Assembly: GCA_963815455.1 (NCBI GenBank)
Contig: CAWFGO010000002.1
Span: forward strand, 128,001 to 192,000
DNA: 64,000 bases
DNA from: an uncultured Verrucomicrobiae bacterium
GTDB taxonomy: Bacteria; Verrucomicrobiota; Verrucomicrobiia; Chthoniobacterales; UBA10450
Direction: 5' to 3'
In this document: positions 40,518 through 50,888 of the stretch, one piece after another
How positions within the stretch are numbered: position 1 is the stretch's first letter
Layout of the letters: the number at the start of each line of letters is the position of its first letter
Translations under genes and position numbers: made by a program
The notes under the pieces: model-generated
Told to the model about the DNA's origin: nothing
The model's database searches: none
What the model saw: the letters and a program-made list of their open reading frames with translations, nothing else

Positions 40518-40818
40518 GTCATCCCGAGCGCAGCGAGGGACCTCGCACTCGCACGAAACCGGATCAAGCAACACTGAGTCGTAATCGACTGGTTGCTCGC
40601 GAACGTTGTCCCTCCTCGCGAGATCCTTCGTTTCACTCAGGATGACAAGCATGTGATCGCGCTTTTCGCAGGCGCGTCCCCTTCCTCTGTCATCCCGAGC
40701 GCAGCGAGGGACCTCCCGTTCGCAGGAAACCCGATCAAGCAACACCGAGTCGTGATCGCTTCGTTGCTCGCGGGCGTTGTCTCTTTCTCGTGAGATCCTT
40801 CGCTTCGCTCAGGATGAC
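40518..40818. repeat. Two tandem copies of an approximately 130-bp GTCATCC...GGATGAC palindromic element
   Basis: Copies at 40518-40646 and 40689-40818 share the termini GTCATCCCGAGCGCAGCGAGGGACCTC / GAGATCCTTCGYTTCRCTCAGGATGAC and similar interiors. Confidence 0.9.
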
Positions 40819-42209
40819 AGCCGCGCGAGCAGTTTCTCGTGAATATTGTCAAAACCTCCGTTGCTAAAGACAACTACGATATCTTTCGGCTGCAACATCG
40901 GCACAATCTTTTCGACAATCGCATCCGCGTTTGCCTCGTAAAAAGCCGGCCGCCCGGATTGCGCGATAGAATCGACAACCGCCATTGGATTCAGGCGATC
41001 CTCCGCAGGAATTTGTTCGAGTCTCGCCACTTGGGCGATGAAAACACCGTCCGCCAATCCCAACGCCTCGGGGAGCTGCTGCTGAAAAACGGCGCGGCGC
41101 GTGGTATTCGATCGCGGCTCGAACACCGCCCAGAGCCGCCGGCCGGAATAGCGCTGACGCAGTCCCTGAAGCGTTTGGTAAATCGCCGTCGGATGATGCC
41201 CAAAATCGTCGATCACTATCACGCCCCGCGCTTCCCCACGCACTTCCTGCCGCCGCGCAATCCCGGAAAAACTCCTGAGCGCTTTGTCGATCTTCTCTTT
41301 CGGCACATCGTAGAATCGCGCCGCCGACGCCGCCATTGCGGCATTGCGCACATTAAATTCACCGATGAGCGGAATCGTAAAAACGTCATCGCCCAGCTTA
41401 AACCGCGAGCTGCCCGCTGAATAAGCGACGTCTTCAATTCGTTCCGCGCAATTCTTCGAGAATCCGATCTCGATCATCTGGGCCCGGCATTCCCTGGCCA
41501 CATCGACGCAATTTGGATCATCGCCATTGAGCAACACCATCCCGTTTTCCGGAACGATCCGCAGCAAGTGACGGAAGCTGGTCTTGATATCGTCGATGTC
41601 CTTGAAAATATCGGCGTGATCGAACTCGATATTGTTCACAATCACCAATTCGGGTAGGTAATGGACGAATTTCGAGCGCTTGTCGAAAAATGCGGTGTCG
41701 TATTCGTCGCCTTCGATCACGAAAAATTTGGACTCGTTCAACCGCGCGCCTTCCCCAAAATTTTTCGGGATTCCGCCAATCAAAAATCCGGGTTCGCGAC
41801 CTGCGGTTTCCATGATCCAGGCCAGGATCGACGTTGTGGTAGTTTTTCCATGCGTGCCGGTGACAACCAAATTGTGCCGCCCGCGCAGGAAATAATTTCT
41901 CAAAACTTCCGGCAGCGACAGATAGAACAGCTTGCGATTGAGCACCGCTTCGACTTCCGGATTGCCACGCTTCATGGCATTGCCGATCACCACCACATCG
42001 GCGTCGTCCGGAATATTCTCCGCCCGAAAGCCTTCGCTCAGCACAATTCCTTTTTCCTCCAGGAAGATCGACATCGGCGGATAAACATTTTCATCCGAGC
42101 CACTCACCTCGAACCCACGCTCGCGCAACGCCGCCGCCACTGAACCCATCGCCGTCCCGCAAATGCCAAGAAAATGAAACGTGGCATCGGCTTGCAGCCG
42201 ATGGGACAT
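40809..42209 (-). CDS. mpl: Murein peptide ligase Mpl (MurC-like)
   Basis: HFLGICGTAMG, YPPMS, GTHGKTTT, EGDEYDTAFFDKRSKF, DDFGHHPTA, FEPRSNT, SNGGF. Confidence 0.94.
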   Translation of the reverse strand: MSHRLQADATFHFLGICGTAMGSVAAALRERGFEVSGSDENVYPPMSIFLEEKGIVLSEGFRAENIPDDADVVVIGNAMKRGNPEVEAVLNRKLFYLSLPEVLRNYFLRGRHNLVVTGTHGKTTTTSILAWIMETAGREPGFLIGGIPKNFGEGARLNESKFFVIEGDEYDTAFFDKRSKFVHYLPELVIVNNIEFDHADIFKDIDDIKTSFRHLLRIVPENGMVLLNGDDPNCVDVARECRAQMIEIGFSKNCAERIEDVAYSAGSSRFKLGDDVFTIPLIGEFNVRNAAMAASAARFYDVPKEKIDKALRSFSGIARRQEVRGEARGVIVIDDFGHHPTAIYQTLQGLRQRYSGRRLWAVFEPRSNTTRRAVFQQQLPEALGLADGVFIAQVARLEQIPAEDRLNPMAVVDSIAQSGRPAFYEANADAIVEKIVPMLQPKDIVVVFSNGGFDNIHEKLLARLSS

Positions 42210-42348
42210 CGACAAGATGTCGATGCCACGACGAGATTTCTTGGGCACCTTTTTCACGCCGATTCTTTACCCCGCGCAGAGAGAAAGACAAACCAACCGT
42301 GGCGAAGCGATTTCGCGCAGACCCGATTAATGGCGCCTTTTTTCCCGC

Positions 42349-42379
42349 AAACAAAGAAGCCCCGCAATGCGGGGCTTCT
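42349..42379 (-). terminator. Intrinsic terminator
   Basis: AGAAGCCCCGC-ATT-GCGGGGCTTCT followed by TTGTTT, just after the stop at 42408. Confidence 0.75.
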
Positions 42380-42407
42380 CGTGGGAAAACCTGGAGTTGC
42401 TCGACAG

Positions 42408-43034
42408 TTAAGCCTTAAGGCGACGGCGACCGTGTCTGCGGAAGCCTTCCACCGCAACAAGGCCCATGCTCAGAAAGGCCAGAGCCGAGCCACCTTCTGG
42501 GGTGACATTCAACGATCCGGCCGTTAACAACCGGTAGTCTAGCATGGCGTTCACGTATTCACCGCTCCCGTCAAAAGCTCCGATGCCCATGGCCGTGCCC
42601 ACTTCCAGCATATAACTGCCAAAGCTGCTGATGTGCCCCATGTAGGACAAGACAAGGTAGTGGTCATCGATCCCGAAGTTATCGAAGATCCAAATGTCAG
42701 GCGAAGGCCCAAGGAAAAATGGGGTCGTGCCTGCGCCCGGCGAGTAACTCCCGCCGGTAAACATCCCCGCGGTGGTCGTAATACTAAACGGGCCGAAGGT
42801 GTCGGCGACCGGATCGTAATAGAAGTAACCCGATGCAGTAGATCCATCATTGAAGGTGACCCCACTCAACGTGAAGCGGAACGGTACGGCATCGCTCGTG
42901 CGAGCCAAACCAAAAGTTGCTGCGATGGTTAGGGCTAGGATTAATGCCGCTCCAAAGCGACGAATGCTCGGCAACGCGCGAAACTTGGGTGTCCCTTTCG
43001 TGCTGCCATTGGGTTGTGTGAGGTGGGTTTTCAT
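42408..43034 (-). CDS. Secreted protein with a PEP-CTERM/VPDSG-CTERM-like exosortase sorting signal
   Basis: GGAG RBS before ATG 43034; signal ...FGAALILALTIAATFGLARTSDA; C-terminus VTPEGGSALAFLSMGLVAVEGFRRHGRRR. Confidence 0.75.
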   Translation of the reverse strand: MKTHLTQPNGSTKGTPKFRALPSIRRFGAALILALTIAATFGLARTSDAVPFRFTLSGVTFNDGSTASGYFYYDPVADTFGPFSITTTAGMFTGGSYSPGAGTTPFFLGPSPDIWIFDNFGIDDHYLVLSYMGHISSFGSYMLEVGTAMGIGAFDGSGEYVNAMLDYRLLTAGSLNVTPEGGSALAFLSMGLVAVEGFRRHGRRRLKA

Positions 43035-43511
43035 TTTGTGTTCTCCGTTTGGTTTTCTGCCACTGGTTAAAGATTGTGAGGTATTCGCAAGGGCTTGCCT
43101 ATGGGCAGTCTTGCCCCTGTGTGCTGTCCCGGAGGGAGCCTGGGATATCTCGGCCACCGGCTGCGCATCGGGCCATTTTAGCCAACCGAGCGCTTCGAGC
43201 ACCCGCAACATGACCTGGGCGCGGGCACACAGGTGCAATCGGGCTAAAATCGACTCCACATGATGGGCCACGGTACGCGGGCTGACCCCGACGATGATCG
43301 ACAATTCCTCATTGGTCTTGCCGTGAGCAAGCCAAAAGGCAATTTCGGCCTGGCGACCGGTCAAACCGAGAGCTCTTAGCGCTGCCAAGTCGGCTGCCAG
43401 AGGACTGTCGCCATTGCAACCGTTCGACGCCATGGCTGGTTGGGCGACGGCAAGAACATGTCCGTTGTGGCGGCGGTGACCGTTGTGATTATTGGTGAAC
43501 TCTACCTTCAT
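43035..43511 (-). CDS. LuxR-type HTH domain reading through in frame into the sorted protein
   Basis: LGLTGRQAEIAFWLAHGKTNEELSIIVGVSPRTVAHHVESILARL; no stop codon before 43034. Confidence 0.7.
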
Positions 43512-43552
43512 CAAATCCAGTTGCTATTGCTGCTCGAAGCTTGCCGTGTAAG

Positions 43553-43654
43553 TCAGTTGGTGTCGCAGGAGCGATGGCATTGAAAATCGTACCACCGTCG
43601 CTCCAATTCTGCCACAAATAGGTGCTGCCTCCGAGTGGCGGATTTTTTCTTCAT
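43553..43654 (-). pseudogene. Remnant 5' end of a third MKKKSAT-leader gene
   Basis: ATGAAGAAAAAATCCGCCACT is identical to the first 21 nt of the gene starting at 46972, then diverges to a stop after 33 codons. Confidence 0.6.
43599..43615 (-). promoter_or_regulatory. Candidate sigma-54 promoter
   Basis: GTGGCAGAATTGGAGCG has GG-N10-GC spacing, about 90 nt upstream of the LuxR ORF. Confidence 0.35.
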
Positions 43655-43687
43655 CGTCGTTGTTCGTTACACGGAATGGAACCCAGC

Positions 43688-46600
43688 CTACGGAGCCTTG
43701 AATGTTGCGATGTATGCGGTTGGCGTGGTTGGACTAATCGTGTGCGAGATCGCTCCGCCATCGCTCCAGTTCTGGAACACCCAGGTGCCCCCGCTGGTCT
43801 GCGGCGATGTAGTGCTCAGGCCGTGAACCGAGCCCGCCGGCCAGGAAAACGTCTTGGCCGTGTTATAGGTCACGCCGTCAACCGAATAGGAAAGACCGAC
43901 TGGATTCGTCTTTACACTTACAGTCACTGGCCTTGGAGCCGGTGTGGCTGTGGGCGTAGGAGTCGGGGTGGGTGTGGGCAGCGCCCCGCTGGTGAGAGGG
44001 TAGACATAGGCGCCGCGGCCACGCGTCCAGACCGATAAGGTTGTCGATCCCCGGTCGATCTGCAGGTCCCAGATCATCACGTGAGGCAGTCCGTTCTCGA
44101 AACGATACCAAGTCGGCGAAGCCACCGTGATGTCGTTTGTAAAGTAAACTCCGAGGTCGGTGCCGGCGAAGACTTGCTGGCTGTAGTTCGGATTGACAAT
44201 CACCGAGTCGATCGGAATATCCGGCAGATTCCCGCTCTTATCGCTCCAGCTGAATGAGCCGCAGTTCGCGGTATTGCAAACCACGCGGAAAAGGTGGCCG
44301 GGGAGGGCAGGTGTGTTGGCACTGAAACCGCCGACTGCCGCGTAGCCTATCGGGAGATTCGCGGCCGCCACTCCGGGATCCAGGGCGATGCCGAGAACCG
44401 GACGATTGGGCACCACGGCGTTTCCGCCGGTAACGTTTACCCACTGGCCCTGGGCCTGCGTGCCAGTTCCGAGATTGAATCCAATCCAGACATTGGCGTC
44501 GTTGGTGCCAACCATGGCGACGCTCTGGTACTTGGGTGAATATTTGACCTGGTTGATGAAGGAGCGGTTCCCCAGCGATTGTTTGGTCATGTTCTGGGAG
44601 GTGGGGCTATTCGTAACGTACCACGTATTGGTGCCCGTGGCGCCGTTGATCGTCTCCCAGACACGAGTCGTTCCAGCGACGAGATGGCCGCATCCCGTCG
44701 TCGAGCCGGCTGCGCCGCAATCGTCTCCGCCTGGAATTCCGCCATGGAACAGATCAAAAGGAAGAATGAACGATTGGGTATCACCGCTCCAGCCGCCCGC
44801 ACGGCTGCTGTAGCTTCCGCCGCCGCCCAGACAGGTGGCCTGGCTCGACGCGCAACGGCTCAGCCCGCCACTGTTGTTGCCCACCCAGTAACGCGGAGCG
44901 GTTCCCGCCGGGGCAACACTTCCCACGGGATCGATGCGGGCGTAAAAGCCGTCGCCACCGACCACCGTCTGCCATTGGGCTGGACCTGTCGGAGTGCCGG
45001 AAAAACCGACCACGCTGGGAGCATTATCCTGGGCGCCGCCGGCCGCGGAGGGATTGGCTGAATTAGCAAAGTTGCCGCTGATGTCTCCGGAATAGTACTC
45101 GATGGTGTTTAGACCGTTGTCCATGTTGAGCCAGGTTGGTCGAACACTTGAGGTGGTTGTGTGGGCATTGACCGAGCTGAAAATGCCGCCGTCGCTCCCA
45201 GCCAGCAGGATACTGGATGAGCCCGGCAAGAAGGCCAGGGCATGCTGATCCACGTGGACGACGTGATTCGAGGCTGAAGTTCCGTTGTAACCGCAGGTCA
45301 GGTCGAAAAGCGATGTGCCGGTCCGGTTGGCATACCAGATTTCGAAGGTGTCAACGAAAACCCGGTCAGGATTGTTAGGATCGACAGCCAGCCCCTGGTC
45401 GTACCAGTTCTGCGGATAATCGCCCTGGCCACTGGTGCAATTTCTCAGCGCACCTCCAGCAGAGCCGGCCATAAAAGCCCATGTATCACCGCCGTTGGTG
45501 GAAGCCCACATGCCCAACTGGCAACCGTTGGTATTGCCGCATCCGGTGTTGTTGTTAGGAGCAATTGAGCCCACTTGAGCATAGATGTAATTGGGATTGC
45601 TCGGAGCGATGGCAATGTCCATGCGCCCGAGTTGATTGCCGGTGGTCGTGTTCACCCATGGGTTGCCGCTGCCCCCATTCATGTTCGCCCCGGTTGAGTA
45701 AGGGCTGCCGGTTACGCTTGTGCCGAAGACGAAACCGTTATTGTTGCGGCTGACCAGAGTGAAATCGTTCGGGCAACCGCTGGTGGGCATGGTCCCCCTG
45801 TAGAGGCCGTTGGCGCCGTTGGCGCCCAAATCATATTGCACAGTTGTGGCAAAACCGCGGACTCCGACAGCCGCCAATATTCGGGTAACTCCCCCTCCCG
45901 CGTTCGTAAGCTCAAGGCCTGTGATGTCCTGGCGCTGGGTACTCAAGCTGTTTGTTGTGCACGGACCGGTCCAGTTAAATCCGCCGTTGTAAGAAAAGAA
46001 GAGTCCCTTCTTTGTGCCGGCCACAACTCTGTTGCTGTTATTCGGGTCGATTCGCACCTTACCAACCGCGTCGTACTGCGTGAACTGCCCCGGCGGCTCT
46101 GAGTAAGCCGACCCAAATACGTCGGCCCCAAGCACCAACCAGGTGGCGCCACCGTCAGTGGATCTCAAAATCCCCTGGCTGCCCATGGAAAAGGACCCGT
46201 AGTTGAGGTCACCGGTGCCGGCAAAAATGGTGTTCGGATTATTTGGATCCATTGCCAGGGTATCGATAGCGGTTGTGGAAACCAGCGGATCGTCCGTGGT
46301 AACCGTCCAGGTGGTTGAAGTGCTGCAGCAGTTGGTTGTCTTCCACACCCCGCCTCCGACCGTGGCGATGTAAGCGACAATGCTTCCATTGGCGGTATTC
46401 CGCGGATCCACCGCGATCGCGTTTACCCGGCCCTGGGTTTTCGCGTAATCATAGCAGCCCCCGCAGCCTGTCATCCGTTGAGGCGACGGGCCCAGAGGCG
46501 TAAAGCTATTTGGATTTAGTGCCAGAGGCGAGGGTGAATCCCCAAGTTTTCCAAGTTTCGCTACTCTGCCAGCCGGAACCGCGCGGGCAATTCGTTCATC

Positions 46601-46972
46601 CTGTTTGACCGCCTGGCGCACCCATTCCGGATTGAATTCACCGGTGGGATATGTGACTCGATCATTCCAGTATTGCTCGAGACGATCGAGATCCCCGGCT
46701 TCCGTTCCCTCCCCATCGCCGAGCGGCATGTATTTGAGGGGTTGGCTGTTCGACCCCGCCACAACGACACGCGCGCCCGAAGGATGAGCGAACGTTGCTA
46801 GGACCCGACTGAGCAACCCGTTGGAATTCCGGGACAACTCCTGGTCGCTGATCAAGTGGGAAGTGCCTCCAAAGGCGAACAACGCCAGAATGACGCTCAC
46901 ACAGCAAAGGAATAAGCCGAGGAGCGAGCGGAGGGTAAAGAAGGCGGATTTAGTGGCGGATTTTTTCTTCAT
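43688..46972 (-). CDS. Large secreted BNR/Asp-box beta-propeller protein (sialidase/GH74-like fold) with PT linker
   Basis: GGGVWKTTN, LRSTDGGATW, SYNGGFNW, STNGGDTW, HVDQHAL, GGDGF, PTPTPTPT. Confidence 0.85.
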   Translation of the reverse strand: MKKKSATKSAFFTLRSLLGLFLCCVSVILALFAFGGTSHLISDQELSRNSNGLLSRVLATFAHPSGARVVVAGSNSQPLKYMPLGDGEGTEAGDLDRLEQYWNDRVTYPTGEFNPEWVRQAVKQDERIARAVPAGRVAKLGKLGDSPSPLALNPNSFTPLGPSPQRMTGCGGCYDYAKTQGRVNAIAVDPRNTANGSIVAYIATVGGGVWKTTNCCSTSTTWTVTTDDPLVSTTAIDTLAMDPNNPNTIFAGTGDLNYGSFSMGSQGILRSTDGGATWLVLGADVFGSAYSEPPGQFTQYDAVGKVRIDPNNSNRVVAGTKKGLFFSYNGGFNWTGPCTTNSLSTQRQDITGLELTNAGGGVTRILAAVGVRGFATTVQYDLGANGANGLYRGTMPTSGCPNDFTLVSRNNNGFVFGTSVTGSPYSTGANMNGGSGNPWVNTTTGNQLGRMDIAIAPSNPNYIYAQVGSIAPNNNTGCGNTNGCQLGMWASTNGGDTWAFMAGSAGGALRNCTSGQGDYPQNWYDQGLAVDPNNPDRVFVDTFEIWYANRTGTSLFDLTCGYNGTSASNHVVHVDQHALAFLPGSSSILLAGSDGGIFSSVNAHTTTSSVRPTWLNMDNGLNTIEYYSGDISGNFANSANPSAAGGAQDNAPSVVGFSGTPTGPAQWQTVVGGDGFYARIDPVGSVAPAGTAPRYWVGNNSGGLSRCASSQATCLGGGGSYSSRAGGWSGDTQSFILPFDLFHGGIPGGDDCGAAGSTTGCGHLVAGTTRVWETINGATGTNTWYVTNSPTSQNMTKQSLGNRSFINQVKYSPKYQSVAMVGTNDANVWIGFNLGTGTQAQGQWVNVTGGNAVVPNRPVLGIALDPGVAAANLPIGYAAVGGFSANTPALPGHLFRVVCNTANCGSFSWSDKSGNLPDIPIDSVIVNPNYSQQVFAGTDLGVYFTNDITVASPTWYRFENGLPHVMIWDLQIDRGSTTLSVWTRGRGAYVYPLTSGALPTPTPTPTPTATPAPRPVTVSVKTNPVGLSYSVDGVTYNTAKTFSWPAGSVHGLSTTSPQTSGGTWVFQNWSDGGAISHTISPTTPTAYIATFKAP

Positions 46973-47048
46973 GGGTTGGTTATGGGTTTAAGGCCGGGGG
47001 AACCTGCATTTTGATTTGAGTGTTTGGGGAAATGGCGACTGTGAACGC

Positions 47049-47076
47049 CAGCAGCGGGCCGCGGGGCCCGCTGCTG
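47049..47076. other. Strong intergenic hairpin
   Basis: CAGCAGCGGGCC-GCGG-GGCCCGCTGCTG, a 12-bp perfect stem without a clear U-tract. Confidence 0.65.
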
Positions 47077-47115
47077 AGGGCATCTGGGGTTACCCCGGCG
47101 TTCATCAGAGACTGG

Positions 47116-50100
47116 TTATTGGGCCTTGAATGTTGCGGTGTAGGCGGTGGGCGTCGTTGGAGTCACCGTGTGCGATATGGCCCCGGCGTCGCTCCAGTTC
47201 TGCCAGATGTAGTTGGTGCCTCCTAGGTTCTGCGGCGAGCTGGTGCTCAGGGTATGCCCGGAGCCGGAGGCCCATGAGAACGTCTTGGCGGTACCTGTAA
47301 GTAACGCCGTCCACCATATAGGAGAGCCCGGCCGGCACTGTTTTCACGCTAATCGTGACCGGTCGCGCGGGGGCTGGGACGCAGATATTTGGGAACAAGA
47401 TACCGGTAACCGCAATATCATCGAGATAGAACCCGGCGAAATTCGCCGCCGAGTCGGAAGTAAACCGCCAGCGGAACTGGATCGTGTCGCCAACCGTTAG
47501 TCCGGCGACCCGATGACACCGGTGGCCATAAGCCGTCAGGGCTCCGGTAACCCAGTTGGTGCAGCTTGTTCCGCTGCCGGTTGGACCGGTGAACATGGAT
47601 GTGCTCGCGGTATAGCCGCAGGCGTTACCCGGCACGCTGCAGCTTATTGTTGCCCAATCGGTCGTGATGTCGCTAGCCACACACCCATTTGCCGCCGAGT
47701 TGCTGGGCGCGGCCATACTGGTCCAGGCCCCGCCATTGCGAGAAAACTCGACCGCCACACCGTCCCACCCTTTCTCTAACTGGTGTCGTTCCCAGTAAGT
47801 CAGGTTAAGGGCAGTTACACCGACCTTGAGGACGGGAGTTTGAGCGATGGCACAAGCACTATCGGCGTAGGTGTTGCTGGCATTGGGGCCGGCGTTACGA
47901 TAGGCAGACATGCCTCCCGGGGTATGATTGGCGCCAGCATCGTTCGCAGTGTTAACGAATCGCCAGATGACGTTTCCGGGGTTGCCGGCATTAAGCTGGA
48001 GGGCCCCAGTTCCGTCCCCGCCCGCATCCATCCACGTGCTGGGCGTGGCCTGGTAGCCTGAGCCGTAGGCGGCTCCAGAAACAGCTATACTATTCAATTC
48101 TTCGTTACCGCCGTTGCACTCTCCACCATGGCCGCTGCCGCTATCCTCCGCGCGCACGATGTAATAATAGATCGTCCCGTTGGTCAGGTTAGCCGAGTCG
48201 ACATAGGAACTTGGCCCCGGAGCGCAGGTCGCGATTCGGTTGGCCGGCGAGGGCACAAAATTGGGGCTCGTGCTACGGAAGATGTTGTAGCGAATATTGG
48301 GCGTTAGCGGACAGCTCGACATCGCCGGCGTCCAATCGAGGGTAATGCTGCAAATCGAAGCGCCCCCGCTGGTCGCACTGGCGGCACCGCCAAAGACCGG
48401 CTTAAGATTGCAATCTCCGGTCGCAGTTGCGCTGGCCGACCCGCTACGGACCAAAGCCTGGCATTTACCATTCGAATCGGTAGCCGCCAGTACCCGGTAT
48501 GAATAGGTAAGTCCACCCTGAACGGTGGTGTCGACGTAACTGGTGGTGCCCCCGGGCACGCTGGCCAGCGGCTGATAGAGCCCTTCGCTTCCCACCGGCC
48601 CCAAGGCCCGTTCAATGGCATAACTGCCTGGTGTCGGCGAAATGCCCGTCCACGTAATCTGGATCTGATTGTTTGCTATGGCCGATGCGGTACCGATGGT
48701 CGGAGCACTGGTCGGTCGAGTAGTGCAGGTGGCCGCGGCGCACTGTCCGGCGCCGCTTCCGGCGGGAAAACGCGCGGACGCAACCCGTGTCATCCACGTC
48801 CCGGCGCCGGTGCCGGTCGTATAATGCTCGTTCGCATGCCAAAACGTACAGTCGTCGAAGGGGTCGATACTGGTACTAGTGTAATCGCCCCAACGACTGG
48901 CACCTGTTTCGTTGCGAGTGCCGGTAGCCACCGTTACTTCCGGCCCAGTCATCGTGCCAAGCGGATCAGTCTTGGCTCGGCCGGTGTAGCGGATGGTATG
49001 ATTTTCCGAGCCACTAGTCTTGCCGCTGACGCTATAACCCGTGAGGATGTTTTCAGCGCCATCCATGGCAATGGAGGGCATCCACCGGGAACGTCCGTTA
49101 GCCACGTCAGCAATGGTGCCCTGTTGGTACGTGCACGGATAAGAAGGACACACGGCATCCGGCGTGCCCGATATGCGGAAGTCGTACCAACGGACACCGG
49201 AGGCCACCCCCGTGACGCCGGGATCCACGGAGTGCGAAACCACCAGCGATTCATGATCGACAAAATTTCGATAGGCCAGGCGGACCATCAGACGATCGGC
49301 CAGAGAATCAAGCTGCGTACTGGTGCCCGGCTGTGGGATGCAAGTTCCACCGCCACATGCCGCCGTAGCTGGCGCGATTGGAATAATGGCCTGAAGGGTC
49401 CTCATGGTGTTCGCCGGCGTGGCAAAATCCACCTTCAGCCGGTAAAGATACATTCCAGTGCCGTGCAGCGACATGAACATTCCAGGCGCGCCGCCGGGGG
49501 GCGGGGTAAATCCATCCAAGTCGGCTGGGACGTGCCCGCCTTCGGTGGGATCGAGAATAATTTGCCAGGTGGCACTTGAATCCCCCACCAGCATTTTTGT
49601 GCGGTCCATGGCCGAAAAAACACCGGCGACATAGCTACCGGTGGTGGACGTAAAGGCATGCGCCATTACGTAGTAGGCGTCGGGCCACACCCCAAATTTC
49701 GGATAATCGCCAAAATAACCAGAGCCAGCAGGACCTATCGCCACGGCAAACGCAAAACGATAGTAGCTTCCGGCGGCATTGTTAGTCTGAGAGATGGCGA
49801 CGCACTGCCAGTACGTTCCACCGCTCCTGGCGGAGGTAAATTGCGAAATCAGCCAGCGATCGGCTAATTTATCGTAGAGCACGATGGGATCGCCGTCGTT
49901 TCTAGTGGAACAATTTCCTCCGACGAAACCACTCCAAAGCGTGCTGATGTTGCTTGGCCCAAGCACCGAAGTAGCCACATTCGTGGCGTGGTTGAGAGAC
50001 CAAACCTGATAGCGAGTGTTAACGGTCTCAACATACTGATTATTACCCACTGACCCATTTGTGTCCGGAGGGGTAGCCCCATTTCCTCCAACCCCGGCAA

Positions 50101-50722
50101 AGTTGAACCCGGTTGTCGGGGCGGCTGGAGCCGGGGCATTGAGTCGCAGCTTAATTGGCTGATCGTCCCCGGATGGGGCGACCTGCACTACCGGATCAGG
50201 TTCATCCGAACGCGGCACGCGCCAAGCAGGAAGCGGCATTACCTCCACTTCCTCCTCCTCCTCGACTCCTTGTGGCGCGGCCATTGATGCCAGTTGCCTG
50301 AGCGGCGGAGAAACGTCGAATGCTGAAGCCGAAATCGAATAGACGGTTTGGCCAAGTTCATTCAGATGCTCCGTAATCGTCTTCGCTACTGCGGGGTCTA
50401 CGACTTGGGCCGCGCCATCACCCTTGGCCCGCCGCCCCGGAGCGCCGGTTCCGTCGGATGACATTCTTGCGCTCCCGCGCCGATACTTGTTGTGAAGCTT
50501 CTGTTGGTAGGCTTGATCGGACCGGACAAAAACCGATGCGAGCCGGCCAATCCAGCTTTGAGAGCGTTCGGAATTGCCGAGTTGTTGTGCGTTGGCCTGG
50601 TCGAAGCGCGGCGAAGCACCGAGTGCAAAAAGCACAAGGAGAACGCTGGCACAGCAGAGGAGCAGACCAAGCAGAGAGCGGACGGTGAAAAATGCAGCTT
50701 TGGTGGCGGATTTTTTCTTCAT
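47116..50722 (-). CDS. Large secreted Cys-rich protein with FN3-like and jelly-roll domains; frameshift at about 47294
   Basis: MKKKSATKAAFF leader; PPDTNGSVG, GDPIVLYD, DYPKFGVW, RWGDY; FN3-like YSYRVLA and YYYIVRA; WDGVAVE...GFYLDDI. Removing one G restores YSTAKTFSWASGSGHTLSTSSPQ...YTATFKAQ-stop (47116), homologous to the neighbour's C-terminus. Confidence 0.85.
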
Positions 50723-50888
50723 TGGTGGTATTTGTTAAGGAGTACGTTACTGGAACGTATGCCGGGTAGACTAGAGACCACGCGCCCGTCTGTCTGTCAG
50801 GTGAGCCACCTGATTTTCGCGTAGAGGAACCTCTGCGGCAGCAACGCTAGGAATTCACCACAACAAAATGATTTTGTAGGCAAAAACC

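Noticed and set aside
40518..40818. CRISPR-like repeat-spacer pattern
   Set aside because: Only two long palindromic units with similar interiors, dispersed copies elsewhere and no cas genes; this is a REP/MITE-like family.
47105..47293. Supplied C-terminus RYRQDVLMGLRL...GPITSL
   Set aside because: An out-of-frame artefact of the extra G; the alternative frame matches the neighbouring paralogous tail.
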